64,000 nt of DNA from Octopus vulgaris. Its lineage: Eukaryota. The notes under the pieces are model-generated. The model made no database searches and was not told the origin of the DNA. It saw only the letters and a list, made by a program, of their open reading frames with translations. Location: NCBI GenBank assembly GCA_951406725.2, contig OX597815.1, positions 86,924,001 through 86,988,000 of the forward strand, written 5' to 3'. The first letter of the stretch is position 1, and every line of letters begins with the position of its first letter. Position numbers and translations under genes: made by a program. Positions 25,424 to 40,324 of this stretch are shown one piece after another.

Positions 25424-27696
25424 ATGTATGTATGTATGTATGTATGTATGTATGTATGTATGTATGTATGTACGTATGAATGTACGTATGTATGTACGTA
25501 TGTATGTACAAACTAGGTTCTTAAATGGAAGGTTTGATATGGGATAGTTACTCGTAGTAGATATCTTCATTGCTTACACGTCACAAAACAAATATTTGAG
25601 GAGTCTTTGTAACTATTAACGTCTCATCTCATGTTCAATATTCTTTACCTTTTCCATAATTACTGATCCACAACTTAAGAGATACTGTGCACTCAACACT
25701 GGTCATTCAGCTCTCTTCAATAATTGCTATCTATAGTAATGTCAGCAACATCATTAAATCGAATATTGCGCCTAGCTAGAGAATCCTTAAGTTGTCAAAT
25801 ACATGTCTTTCGTAAATCATTCCTAAACACAGTAAGGCGCTGTAGTTTGATTTTTGGGATCCAAAAGAATGGATATTTGTATATTGGTCTTGTCAATGTA
25901 AGCTCACTTAAAATTATCCTTTATGAATAAAAAATGTTTTCAGCTTCGAAATCTGCCTTCTTGCAATAAGCCATTCACAATCCATTCCTAATGAAAGTGA
26001 TGTCTAGCTCTTATCTCTTCGACCTGTGTTTCTGTCATTGTTCCAGTATTACGTCAATAGAGCAGAACTATTTCAATGTAAATTTCAGGAAGTAGCATTT
26101 TAATTCTATCATTGATTGAACAGTTCTGAATTAAGTAAATGTGACTCGCTGCTACCTACACTAATTGGCTTCTCTATTCCAATAACACTTCTGCTATCTG
26201 TTATGTTGCATCCAACAAAACAAAAGTCTGCAGCAAAATACGAGCGGGGAAGACAATGCCCATGACACTTTACAGATAGTGGGTGGACTAAGGGAAGAGT
26301 TATTCTCAAGCCAGGGATTTAGTCCGAATGCATGCAACAGAGTAAACTCCGCTAAACGGCACCCACCAAAGTACCTTTAGAAGTATTAAATCGGTTGATA
26401 GATTAAATCCATCATCCAAAGTAGGTTCTGGTCGAATTTGAACTCAGAACGCAAAGAGCCGGAACAAATACTACCAGGCATCCAGTCAGATCATACGTTT
26501 CCGCCAATTCACCGCCTCAGATTCGTATTTTTATCGACCCCCGAAAAGTTCAATTCGGTGACATTTGAACGCAGAGCTAATATATTCAGAAAAAATACCG
26601 CGAGCAATATATTAAACACTATAACGCCTTTGCCAATTTTACAGCCTTAAAAAGGTACATATAGGGTACACGTTTCTGATAAATGTTACTGTAACTTTTA
26701 ATTTATTTATGTTTTATTCATTTTTTGGTATATATGCTTAAATGTACGCGATATTTTACTACCACGTGAAAATACCTGATCAAATAGTATCTCATCTTTT
26801 CATAAAGTCAATGGGCTAAAATTTGAAAACGATCTGGCTGAGATTTTAAGCGGCTTAAGCGATAAGCCAAAAGCACTCCCTTTAGCTCTAGCTCTATGTG
26901 CTCTATAATATACTCGTCGTATGTTTGTATGAGATGATATATGTGTATTCAGATATAAAGCAAACGCATCAACAAGTTTAAAGATAAACCTAAGGGTTGT
27001 TGTTGATTCTCCTGTCAGTTTTGATGAAACTCACGTATGACCAAAAACCTTCTAGCTATGACCGTCTCGTCTTATATTCAGACATACAAAAATCTAAGAG
27101 TACATTATGCAATATATCTCTTTAAAGAAAGTAGGGTTTGATTTGAGTAATATTTGGCTGCTATTTCTGGCCAATTAAGAGACCAGAAGACACTCTTTCG
27201 TTATGGATTAATCTTTTATCTTTTACATACTTCAGTCATTAGACTGTGGCCATTCTACGAGAGAATTGTTAACTAATTCAATATGTTAGTGATAACTTTA
27301 ATCAATCTTTTTTGGTAGCTTTAGTGTAAAGAATAAAACTCTCTCATGGATACAAACGATGACCTAAATTCGAGCCGAAAACACTAGTTTAAGCATTTCT
27401 TAAGTACTGCTGGCTTTATCAAAGAAGAATAAGAGGCAACGAAAGGAGACAGCCGTATGGTTTGATAGCGAAACAATTTATTTGTTCAAATATACTTTTA
27501 ACTGTGCCGACAATAATGTTTGTATAAGGTTTTAGTTATATACATCCTATATTAGTAGATCATTTTTACTATTATTGCCACGATATGTGAATGTATGTGT
27601 GTGTACATTTGTGTATCTGTGTGCACGAGCGCGTGCGTGCGTGTGTGTGTATGCATGTGAGAGGGAGAGCGTGAATCTGGAATGTAAGTTGATGTG

Positions 27697-27738
<42 letters not shown>

Positions 27739-29939
27739 TTAATTTTGATAAAGATATGAATATGTATGAATGTGTATATATTTGTAAATATTTGAGTGTG
27801 TAACCTGAGATTAAATGATCTTACTATACTTACGAACACACAGTGACATATATATAACCGCATGTATGTTATAATCTATGTATGTGTAAATGCATGTAGG
27901 TATATACATATGTCCGTATATGTATGTGCATGTGTATATATAAATGAGGATGCAAGTGTGTGTGTGTGCGTGTAAATTAATGCAGAATTAATTCCAATGA
28001 TAGAGGGCCAGACTTAATGATTTTTCAGTATCAACTTGGCAGACTGCCTAATGTTTCTGCCTTCAAATCCCAGAGGATATTGATAAAATATCCAGGATCA
28101 ATGAAATATATATATAAAGATAGCAAGGTCAAATCACGTGACTATCGCTTCGCTTGCTTATAAATATGGCCTTTGTACCTAAGAGAGTATTTTGATATTA
28201 ATATAGCACTATAAATTAAATTATTTCGTTCTCTTCGAAACCTAGTTGATTTCTACAGTGAAAGCAAATCTCCATATATCATTCTGAGACTGGACTCGAC
28301 AAAAACATCATATATACATATCTGTGTGTATGTGTGCGTATATGTGTGTAAGTAGCATTTTTATAGAATTACATATATATTCGCGTAAAAGTTTAATATT
28401 GTAGACTAGTTTCTGAGATAAATTTCATGGGCCGTATACTACATGAATATTAATACTAAGTGGATGAAGTTCAACGTGAAATCTAGTGTACCACATCAGT
28501 GGCAGAAGAAAAAATGCTCTCTGAATGAAGGGAATAAACAAAATCTATTGTAATAAATCATACTGGTAAATACATATGCTTTAGCTTAAATAAGAAATGG
28601 TGTTGTGTCACACAAATTATACTACAGTATTTCTTTGATAATAAACTGGAGAAATCTATAACATAATACTGAGTGAACCATGCATCAAAAGCATGATAAT
28701 TGGTCAGGAAATTCAATTTTGCACATTAATGTTTAAGACTACACCAATTTTTCGCCCAGTAAATGTTGATGTCACCTGAGTAAAACTATTCATATGTAAG
28801 CGCGTGTGTACGTGTATGTGCGAGCGCGAGCGTGTCAGAATTTTAATATCTGAAGATGAAATGAACAGGCTTTATTACAAATCACTACAATTGTTTCAGC
28901 GCATCGTTATCATCTGGTGTATGCTGAATGTTACATATACTATACACATTATTGCATTAATATGATTCAACAATATATGTATACATGCGCATCTTTAGGT
29001 GAGTAGGACCCAAGGCACTGCTAGATCAACTCTGGTTTCTCCTTGTTTAATACCCTCCGACTATTTATTTACTCGAAAATGTATTGAGGGTATTTTTATT
29101 GTCGTTATTGGTATGTTGCCTACCTACATAATGCAATTTCATAATAATTTGTATGTGTGTAAAATTATTCAGTTAAAAATGAAGCAACCATAAGAGAGAT
29201 TTATTTGTCATGATGCGCTAGGACATCTGTACCTGCAAGACCTGGTTATAGAATGAATAACGCATGTTTTTCCATAGAAGTATTATCATACGGAAATGAC
29301 TATATCCCCGTATATAGAACTAAGTACGGTTACTCCATAGCATTATACTTCTGTTTTTTAGTATAAATTCAAAATTCTAAACGAATATATATAAATATGG
29401 AAAAAGAATATTTATATACGAGAGTATTTGGAGGCTAATAAGTAGCATGGATACACATTTTCTAGAGGGAAAAATGTGAATGTATTTTTAAATAGATATA
29501 TGCATGTATATACATATCTCTAGTGTTAAATAAAGGTATATGTATGTATAAGGGTGAATGCAAGTAAATTTTCTTGGTTTAACAGTCTCTCTTAATGACT
29601 TGTAAAGCAATTGTATCACAATTGTATGATGGCTAGATTGACCACGGAAGACAAGTGTCTGACCAATACAGAGTGTACACTGGTGTGAGGCAGGGACAAA
29701 ATATTTCAAATATATTTGCCGGTTTCAGTGATCAAGATTCTACTTGCTCTTCGTTATAGATCATACAGAAATGGATGTATCCTAGTAAAAAGGGTAACCA
29801 CAATGCTATATTTAAAACCCAGGATATTAGGACTATCAGTATTTTGAACAAGGTACTAGACAAATAAAAGCCGAATGAGCTCAGAAAAATGTTACAAACA
29901 CTCCGTAGATATGGAAAATCTGTAATGTAGTTTACATAC

Positions 29940-30161
29940 CTGGTATGATGCTTGTCTCATAAACTGCTTGGCAGGCGCTTTCCATATCGCTGGTACTGTA
30001 ATCACCCACCGTACATCATCGTTGACAATCTCCATGCCCGACTGATCGGACAATTCTTGCAAGGCGTGTTCTTTGAAGAACTTTAGCGCATAGGAGAACA
30101 CTGTGAGAGCTGGCATCGTTTTACCATTGGTTGCATCCAAAATTGTGTCTTTGGTTAAATC
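29940..30161 (-). CDS. HSPA12A: Internal exon of heat shock 70 kDa protein 12 (HSPA12A/B-like)
   Basis: 74 codons, phase 0-0, polyT...TTATAG| acceptor and CAG|GTATGT donor. [14 protein letters not shown]...[21 protein letters not shown]...[26 protein letters not shown] matches the HSPA12 signature as recalled. A vs B paralogy cannot be resolved. Confidence 0.93.
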
Positions 30162-30367
30162 CTATAACAGTAAAAAAAAAAGAGGGTACATAAATTAATA
30201 GAATATGTTGATGGGTTTTAACTTTGGCACATAGAACAGATTTTAAGTTAACGTGTTTTCGATATGGTCAAACTCGTGGATATTCTACTGGTACATATTT
30301 TATGGATTTCACTGTATAACAAAATGTCTATTTATATTTTTATTCATTTGTATTTAGTCAGTAAGTG

Positions 30368-30754
30368 TTATTTCCTATTTGCTGCCATCTAAAATCAAAG
30401 GAAATGACTACTATCCCCTTCAAATTTTGCTTTTGTGACCTGGAAACTGATCTATTTCCATAACATTTCAGACAGATTCAGCGCTGATTTGCTGAAGCAG
30501 AACTATTGTTATAGCAAATGTTTTGTTCAATACCACAGATTTGCTTCTCAGTTGCTTCACCTTAACCCCTTGAGCATGTCCCTAAGTAGCTGACAATATG
30601 TACATCTCTGATCATGAGCAGGAGTAGTGGTGAAACATCGTAGCCTTGTGTTGTGAGGGATTCTTTGGGGTTTGAATAAATGTAACAAAAGCTAAGTTGG
30701 AAGGAAATATTAGCCACTTTTCATACTTTCTAGGGGTAAGCAAATAGGAAATAA
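30368..30754. mobile_element. MITE-like element with ~70-bp imperfect TIRs
   Basis: TTATTTCCTATTTGC...CCTTCAAATTTTGCTTTTGTGAC vs GTAACAAAAGCTAAGTTGGAAGG...GCAAATAGGAAATAA. Confidence 0.7.
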
Positions 30755-31633
30755 AAGTTGCTACAGAAGGAGAAAAATCGTGCTACAAAGTGTTTTCAGA
30801 AGATTGAAAAGTAAAGCTGATCCTAGCGGGAGGATTTTTGAAACCAGATCACAGAGATAAAGTAAAAGGAATATCGAAAAATGATGTTACTGATATTTTA
30901 ATCTTTTAGTTTTAATGTTACTACAACTTCCCTGCCAGTTATTTTGTTTAAACAGAATCACTAACAAAAATCAAACCATGTTGATTCGCTTTACCGTATA
31001 AAAGCTGCTATCATTTACAGATTAAATCACTGCGTTACCGTTTTTATAAAATAAGATGAATTTTATATTTTATGGTGTTAAATTTATATTTAATTGAAAT
31101 AGATTTTTCACAAATTTTTGTATATGATCTTTTCTTCCCTTTGATCATGCTATTGATAATGGATGATGGTTCCAACGGTGGTATGAATGGCCCTCATCTT
31201 TTTAAGATCACCTTTTATTGCTAAATGTACACAACAGATTGTTTTCAAAGAAATCAAAGAGAAGAAAGTAGCTCGATAAAACACATATCTACATAAAAAG
31301 CCAGACTAATTTCATACAGCATTATATACTAGAAGTATACATATATACATACATATAATACACACATTCATACATAAAGACCCGTGCAATCGTGATCATA
31401 AGTTTGTGGAATCGATTCTTGGACAAGGCGGCGTGTTGCATCCTTGAGTAACGTACGTTATATCTACACCGCTAACTGTTACATACTGGGTTAAGGGTAG
31501 AAGGGTCGTAGGAGAGTGTCTATGACTGCTCGCCACCATATAGGCACCTAAAATAATTAGCGAAAACATGGCACAAACTCCAGTTCATAAACGCTTGCGA
31601 AACCAGTCAAACTTTGATGTGAGTGTGTGGAGA

Positions 31634-31740
<107 letters not shown>

Positions 31741-32374
31741 AGGTGTGAGAGAATGTATATACATAGGTGCACTGAGAAATGAACCTGCATTTATCCATAT
31801 GAATCTATGAATATTGACTTTACGGAACTGATCAGTATTAAACGGACCTTTTTGATATATGGGGAATTACATTGCCTAATGTGTCCTTTTAACAAGAAGT
31901 TAGATTTGGCAAATTACTTCTAGCTTAAACACAAATATGTGAAGGTCTTCCAGTCTTGTCATTTCATATTTTGTATATTCAGAAGTATAAATCTTTAATA
32001 TATTCTTCGGGTTTTAAGGTGGTATGGAATTTAAGGGAGCTTAGGCCGCTATTTCAAGCAGTTCACTATCCTATGTTATCCCTGAGTAGATACATAATCG
32101 AAAATTCCTTTAAATGTTGTTTAAGTTCGAATATGCACTGATTGAGCAGACTTATAATAAAGACTTTACTCAACGGCGACCATCCTGTCTTTTGAATATC
32201 AGGAACAAAATTGTCAATGTGCCCTGCCTTTTCCAAACTGTAGAGGTAGAGTTGTATGCTATTTCTTATAGCTCAAATGTACCACTGATTAAACAGTAGT
32301 TCAGCAAATGGTGGGGTAGTCGCTACCTCATTCCAAGCAGGGTACACACACTCATACATATACCCACACACATA

Positions 32375-32430
<56 letters not shown>

Positions 32431-33345
32431 GAGATGCATATATGTATAGAGAAACTGAGACACAGATTAAATACAAGATACCGACAAAATTAGAAACAGA
32501 GAGAGTGAATGGCAATTGACAATCAACGGGAGAAACACAAAACAATTGCTACAACTTTGGGCGAGGAAACGTTGAATGTTATGTTTCAGTAGAGCAGTGA
32601 CTGGAGAAAAAAATTCACCGAACTGAATTCAAAGCAGTATCTTGCAAAATGGTATGACTATGCATGAATGAATCAATGAATGATTGCATAACGCGTACGC
32701 ATACATATATATCATACATTTTAATTGAAAGATGAACAGCAACAAAAGCACAAAAGTAACGTCAGTTCACTTCTACGCATACTCTGTCTAACCAATTTCA
32801 GTCATCAGCATATGTGCTTGTGTGTGTGTAGGCGCAGTTGCCCCCCTTGACTGCGGGTCAATCAAGCTGGCCAGATATAGAGGTCGTTACGCAACATTAA
32901 GGTTCAGACAGGTGACCTCATCTCTTTCTCTTTTCTGCACTGATACGCAAGCTGTGAGGACGCAACTAGACTGGTTCTTTCTAATACGACAGGCCAGTTT
33001 GCAGATAGAAGCAGAGCACAGAAGATCATGGCCTCTACACACCAACCATTCCATTTATCATTCCATTGTGTATATACGTGTGGCCAAAAGAAACGTGTTT
33101 AAAGTTACAACCTTGCTTGTATATGTTCTTCATCCGGATTTTTACTACCAAACGAGATTACAACCTTCTGAGAGTCATATTAGGTGGCTCAACAACTATC
33201 TACTCCATCAATATATATATATATCAGCCAAAAACTTGGCTATTTCTTCAACTGCAAATAAAAGTCTCCAGACAATGTATACTCAGAAAAATAACTCACA
33301 TAGGAATAAGGGAAAAACAATGAAAGATCACATCCATATACGATA

Positions 33346-33407
33346 CCCGAGGACAGTCTGTTTCTGGATTTGTGGGTAAAACGCCACTTTTCCTTCATCA
33401 GCTCAGA
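33346..33407 (-). ncRNA. Type-I hammerhead ribozyme (left arm)
   Basis: Reverse complement of 33676-33737. Confidence 0.8.
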
Positions 33408-33675
33408 GATTTCTTTTGATTTAGATTTGAAAATACTAAGAATCAAACATACCCGTCCGATATCTGTAACATCGGACAAACTATGCCAGACATCCAGTAC
33501 TAGCGAATCCAAAAATACGAATGAGATCTATTATTCTCCCTGTCCGCCCACGTGAGTCATAGAGCATTCCATTTCTACAGAGGTAAAAACTGCAGTTTAA
33601 ATTCTTGGAGAGAAAGCATTATATAACAATATATGTTTGATTCTTAGTATTTTCAAATCTAAATCAAAAGAAATC

Positions 33676-33737
33676 TCTGAGCTGATGAAGGAAAAGTGGC
33701 GTTTTACCCACAAATCCAGAAACAGACTGTCCTCGGG
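33676..33737 (+). ncRNA. Type-I hammerhead ribozyme (right arm)
   Basis: UCUGAG-CUGAUGA-A-GGA-AAA-GUGG[CGUUUUAC]CCAC-AAA-UCC-A-GAAA-CAG-A-CUG-UC-CUCGGG. Predicted cut after 33731. Confidence 0.8.
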
Positions 33738-33936
33738 TATCGTATATGGATGTGATCTTTCATTGTTTTTCCCTTATTCCTATGTGAGTTATTTTTCTGA
33801 GTATACATTGTCTGGAGACTTTTATTTGCAGTTGAAGAAATAGCCAAGTTTTTGGCTGCTATTTCGGAAAAGTTCGGTGTGTGGTAAAGTGAATTCTTTT
33901 ACTTTACCATATTTTTATAAATTAATACTTTTTATA

Positions 33937-33975
<39 letters not shown>

Positions 33976-34108
33976 TCTGAATCAAACTGTTTTCATCTAT
34001 ACATGTTGAGTACCCTTCTTTCGTTTATCTACTCACTCGTATGTATATATATATGTGTGTGTGTGTGTGTTTATGTGTGTGGAAGCCCGTCGCGTATATA
34101 CATACATC

Positions 34109-34201
<93 letters not shown>

Positions 34202-35469
34202 ATGTATGTATGTATGTATGTATGTATGTATGTATGTATGTATGTATGTATGCGCCGGGCTTCCACATTGTTCCCTTCTATGTAATTTACATACAAAGCA
34301 TTCGTCGGCTCGCTGTGGAGCTGAACTTGAAACCAGTCACGCCGTTGTAGACCGAGCTTTTTGGCCACACAGCAATGTTTGTTTTTTTTTTCTTTGTCTT
34401 TCAACCTTCCAAGGTCGATAAAACAAGTACCATTTCCTCACTGCGGTCGGTTTAATTGACTAGCCATCTCCCCTGAAATTGCTGGGCTTGTACCATAAAC
34501 TTGAATCCACTATAGCATTATAGTGTTGTAGTGCACCTGAGCACTGTACACAATGTTTTTTATTATTATTTAAAACACAGATACATGCCCTCAAACACAG
34601 AGACATTAGCGCAGACCCTATTTCGTGAAAAGTCAATTTGCTTCATAAAACTCAAATAATAATGGTTTAGATATCAGATATGAAATTATTGATCGTGAAG
34701 ATATTTAGAACCAAATACCCCACTTTTGGTATTTATGCATCTTTGAGAAATGAGTATATTTCAATCATGGAAATGTACTGAACAGAAATTCTAAGTTTAT
34801 ATCATTTTGTTGAAAAAACTTTCACTAATTCTGAAAAATTTCAAGCTATCTAACCCTTCATTTATCATGGATCATAATTGATAAAGACCCAACAGATTTG
34901 CTTCCACTGTCTCAAAAGTGCATTTTAAATGTCAAATACGAACTATTTATTCTAAATTTTTTTCTAAACTTTTGATGATTAATTCTTTGCAGTTATCTTT
35001 TACATAGATGCCTCTCGCTTATATTATACTCTAACCCTGTTTATCTTTTATTTTATTTTCCGTACTATGTTCTCTTGCGATTAATCGCTATTTATAAGCA
35101 AATTGATGTTTGTGTGTGTGTGTTATGTATATATTTTCACTTTAAAACAACAAATAACAGTTTACACAATAAAACCTTTCTCTTTACAATTTTTCTTTTG
35201 TCTCCACACGCTTGTTTCCCATTTTCAGTCGCATACATCATTAATACGAAGTTTGTTTCATTTGTGATCTATAGATATTTCTAAATCAATTTTTTCTTTC
35301 TTCTTCGACCAGTACCCTCGACTTGCGACCTTTCTTCTCTCTTTCCTTTTCTCCTTTTAATTCTTTTCTTTTATCTCTTCTTTCTTTCTTTATCGCTATC
35401 GTTCAGCCGTCTAAGTTTCTATAAATATCCGTTTTATCAACGCCAACTTTATCGATTTTAAAATACATA

Positions 35470-35614
35470 CACATTATTATATATGTTTGTGTGTGTGTGT
35501 GTGTGTTGAGTGTGTGTGTACATACATATATACATACATATATACATATATATATATACATATATATATACATGTATATATATACATATATACATCATGT
35601 ATATATATACATAC

Positions 35615-35677
<63 letters not shown>

Positions 35678-35780
35678 TATGTAGACACATATACACATAT
35701 ATATGTACACACATATATACACACATATATATACATATACATATATATATCCATATATGTATATGCATATATATGGATAT

Positions 35781-35817
<37 letters not shown>

Positions 35818-35842
35818 CAAATTTATATAAACACACACTTAT

Positions 35843-35910
<68 letters not shown>
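35470..35910. repeat. Representative compound (TA)n/(CA)n microsatellite; dozens of similar (TA)n, (CATA)n, (GATA)n, (TG)n, (GA)n tracts across the window
   Basis: Direct inspection. Confidence 0.98.
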
Positions 35911-36239
35911 CCATATATATTCGCTGATAATTTCGTATTCTCCTAGAAATACTTTTAACCACTGATTTTAACGCATTAGTGGGGTGGCATTTGATAATTT
36001 GTTTACGTTCCACGTAACTTCACCTGATTAATAAATATATAGTGGTAATTCTTCTAGTTGCAATTGTAGGGTTAAATCCTACTGGCCGTTATCAGGCCGA
36101 TGCTTAACCCAAAACGTAATCTATAAGTGTACTATCACAACTATAGCTGGTAACTTTGTATGATTGATTGATTGATTGATTCTAGTTTCAGCTCATGAGG
36201 TGTGGCCATGCTGGGGCACCGCCATTTAGGATGTTCAAT

Positions 36240-37754
36240 AAATATGAAAATAACACATTAATAACCAATTTTTCATCTTTTAAGCTCAAACATGAGGCCA
36301 ATTGTACGTACTTATCTAGCAAGATTTGGGAACTGAAGGAAAGCGGAATCGAATTTAGCTTCAAACGGGATATTATAAGGAAAGCGCAGCCGGTACTGGT
36401 GCGAGCTCTATGGAAACATATGAAATGTTTAAGTATATGGACATGAGCAACCTGGTTAATAATAATATATTAGTCCTAAGGGTATCATGCGTACATAGTG
36501 TCACCCGTACATATAAATATTTTCGAAATTAGTATTTATAAGTGCTGCACTTGAACCAAGACAGGAGAAATTAATTTTAGTGTCGTATATGATGTGAACT
36601 TACTCGCTAGTGTTATATATAATAAGTTATTTATATTTTCTTACTATTTTCTATAATTTCTTATTATTGCGTTTTCTTATTTTTATATATTTACCTATTA
36701 ACCTCTTATCTCTTATAAGGTCTTAATGTTCTTAAAGAGAAATATAAACTTTCTAGTTACTTAAGTCTAGAAAAGTGGATAATAACATACCCATAATAAA
36801 GTACAAATATTTGTGTATATTTGCATGTGTGCACATAGTTACATATGTATATGTATCTGTGCACAACTTATTTTTCCGATGATTTTCTGATTCTTAGCTT
36901 ATAACTAATATAAAGATGGCATGATTTATCGTCCCAGTTTTCCATAAGTAAATACCCAGAGCAATCTTTATAGAAACCACCTTATAAGTAAATGATTAAG
37001 TACTGGTATGAATATTAAACTAATTCTATGTAATTCCCTTTCTAATGTTGAAAATTGGTATATATACGCAGTTTATCTATTCTGGTTATATCATTTTTTG
37101 TAATCTTAAATTTTATCTTCATACAACATAACAATATTGTTTATATACAATCTTCCACTGTACCCCATGGTAATTTCCTCTGTATAACATCATAGGTTTT
37201 ATTCGCGTCTTGCCCCTTTAACTGGTAATTAACATCTTGATTTAGGGTCTTCTACTACCCAGCCACCTTTATAGACAGTTACTTAAACATTTTCTAAATC
37301 CTGACAGTATTTATGACCATGCCTAATTATAAATTGTCACCTCACTCTATCTATCCATTCTAAACAGGCACTGTCCTCTAGCCTTAGATTTGGTAGTTGA
37401 TAAAATAGACTAATAAATTACAAGTGAACCACAATCATTTACAAGCTATGACCCTAACAAACGCCATATAGTTCTTAGTTGCACTAGTAACAACATGGAC
37501 ACTCTCCCTATTCTTGCTCTATTAGAGAATTTGAGTAAAATTATACTAATGTGTCAAACTGATCAAAAACTTCTATTTATTTATGTAGCAGAGTATAGCT
37601 CTGCATTTAAATTGATGTAATGATTGCATAACCTTTTTCTCGCACTGTCTCCGATGAAGGGATATATAAAATATCCCGGAAACAGCTGCAAGACCTTCTC
37701 TTTATAAATGTTCTGAAATCTTTGACAGCCTTGGATTTTTATCTCATTTTGTTA

Positions 37755-37760
<6 letters not shown>
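36240..37760 (+). mobile_element. 3' part of a Penelope-like element (GIY-YIG C-terminus, long 3' region, HHR tail)
   Basis: SSFKLKHEANCTYLSSKIWELKE matches the EN at 63348-63836. Downstream DNA shares blocks with 5.2-6.25 kb. Confidence 0.7.
37647..37694 (+). ncRNA. Degenerate hammerhead motif
   Basis: GUCU-CCGAUGA-A-GGGAUAU[AUAAA]AUAUCCC-G-GAAA-CAGCUG-CA-AGAC. A sibling near 53692 has GAAACAGCTGTAAGAC. Confidence 0.6.
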
Positions 37761-37791
<31 letters not shown>

Positions 37792-37926
37792 TGACCTACG
37801 TTGGACTCCTCATTCCCTTAATCACCGAACGTGGAGCTTAACAATAGTCTGTCCATAGCACTTACTCGGCATTACCTGATACCTTTGGGTCTTCTTGACA
37901 CCATTACCTCTCATAAACTATATATA

Positions 37927-37984
<58 letters not shown>

Positions 37985-38011
37985 TACATATATATATACA
38001 TACATACATAC

Positions 38012-38048
<37 letters not shown>

Positions 38049-38057
38049 CATACATAC

Positions 38058-38125
<68 letters not shown>

Positions 38126-38796
38126 ACCTTCCACGCTGCAATTATTTTCGTTTCAGCACACGATTTCAGATCAGGTCACTTGTATGCAAGTACATCTTCG
38201 TAATGTATATACATATATGTGTGTGTGCGTGTGTGTATACATATATATACATATATATTCATACATATGTATACATATACACATACGTATATATACATAC
38301 ACACACACATATATGTATACATACATAAATATATACAGACACATATATATACATATATGTATACACACACATATAGATATACATATATATATGCATATAT
38401 GTATGTATACGCACTTATATGTATAAAACATATAATCATTTAAAATATTTATAAATTTGCGAGTTTCTTTGTAGATATGCGTTTGTTATTTAATTCGCTT
38501 GGTTTATGTTATTTATAGTTTTCTAGAATTAACTTCAAACTTTGTGTTCTCTACCCTTCCTTCCTTGACCCCAATTTATCACTAACCTTCAAATAAGTTA
38601 TCATTTCTTTTCGCAACTGGTGTAATGTTAATAAATCATTTTCTTATTAGCTTTGACTTACTATATTTAGTACGATAGTGCTCATTGTGCTATTTACTTT
38701 TCCTGTATTTTCATCTAACCATTCTTCTAAGAATAAATAAACGCTCACTGTATATCTATTAAACTTCTATATTTCATGCAGCACATATTAGATAAT

Positions 38797-38839
38797 ACTT
38801 TGCTGATGAGGTCTAATAACACCAAAACATATCCGGAGT
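38797..38839 (+). ncRNA. Decayed hammerhead motif
   Basis: ACUUUG-CUGAUGA-GGU[CUAAUAAC]ACC-AAAA-CAUA-UC-CGGAGU. G12 and G16.2 read as A. Confidence 0.5.
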
Positions 38840-39501
38840 TGTAAACATGCTGACGAAGATCAAACTCACTTTCCTCTATATTCTGTTTTTAATTAATTCT
38901 AATTAAATTGTATCAAGTTGTATTCCTGCCTTGGGTAACAAGAATAAATCAATAAGCTAATAATTTTTTCCTCATCTCACCACAGGTTTTCTTTTAATTA
39001 AATATATTATTTCACTCCACTGAGTATGTCAATTCCCGAACACCTTACTCTGCATTTACTCTTCGTTTTAGATAGCAAGCATAGGTCAAGTATGTCCTCA
39101 ACATTTTCCACAGTTCGCACAACTAAACAAAAGTTAAGCTGTACACATCTTGCTCGTCTTGAATGCCTCCACATGTAGACACATATATTACTTCATCTTT
39201 GCATACAATATAGTCTGCCATAGAAATATTACAGAACGCAGGTACAGGAGAACTGCTTTATCTTACTCGGCCCTTTCAGCTTAATTAAAATGGTATTTAC
39301 TTGCTATATAGCTTCATGTAGACCCACTGCTTACTCCACCTTCAGTTTTATGGCTAATAAACAGAACAGCGTGCACGGAATTTTTTACTACAATTCCATT
39401 ACCGAGTAGCTTCTACTTGGAAATTTCCTCTTCGTTTAATACACAATCCATCAACAAATTACAATTGTCTAATAAAATGGTCACTTCTCTCTCGCTTTCT
39501 T

Positions 39502-39558
<57 letters not shown>

Positions 39559-39892
39559 CTTTTTTTATTGGTCCCTTTTTCCAGTTACTTCTCTCCATAT
39601 TTCACAATAATTCATAAAATAACATCAAAGTGAGATAATTCCTTCATAAAACTCAAACTGACAAGATTGGTTTCTTATTTTTCGTAATAATTATTTAATG
39701 AAGATGATGTATTTCCTTATTAAGATAAAAACAAAATGAAAGATTATTGCCTTCAAATTCTAAACATAATCCTGACTTTTTCCATAATCATGAAAATGAA
39801 ACACTGTTTCAGCTGAAGGCAAAACTCAGAGGGAGAGCTGAAATTTTTATAATTGTTAGGAAAATTAATCTAAAGATAATTAAAATATCTTT

Positions 39893-39943
<51 letters not shown>

Positions 39944-40083
39944 TCCATAGATGCATTAGTTCAAATTTAACATTAATTTAAAGTTAATAACACTAATATC
40001 ACCCAGACATTCTTAATGTCAAACATTAATGGGATTTAAGAGTCTCTTCTACTGTGACTTATCAATAAAATAGAAGCAAATAA

Positions 40084-40185
40084 AGCGGCGAGCTAGCAGA
40101 ATCGTTAGCATGCCGGGTAAAATGCTTAGTGGCCTTTCGTCCATCTTCACGTTCTGAGTAAACATTCCACGAAGGTCAACTTTAC
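40084..40185 (+). mobile_element. SINE 5' fragment (family of 11295-11511)
   Basis: GCGGCGAGCTAGCAGAATCGTTAGCATGCCGG head. Confidence 0.7.
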
Positions 40186-40273
40186 ACCTACGAACACATG
40201 CATAAAACATAAACATGCACAGACATGTACACGGACACACATGTACATATATATACATACATGCACTCATATT

Positions 40274-40324
<51 letters not shown>

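Larger units (their letters stand above)
33225..33945 (+). mobile_element. Non-coding fold-back element: two apparently identical ~227-bp inverted arms, each with a hammerhead
   Basis: 33225-33451 is the reverse complement of 33632-33858 (the ORF track gives identical peptides on both). ~180-bp spacer; (TA)n on both flanks. Confidence 0.88.

Noticed and set aside
33637-33843. Identical 68-aa ORF on both arms of the fold-back
   Set aside because: Consequence of the inverted duplication; it overlaps the ribozyme and has no protein signature.
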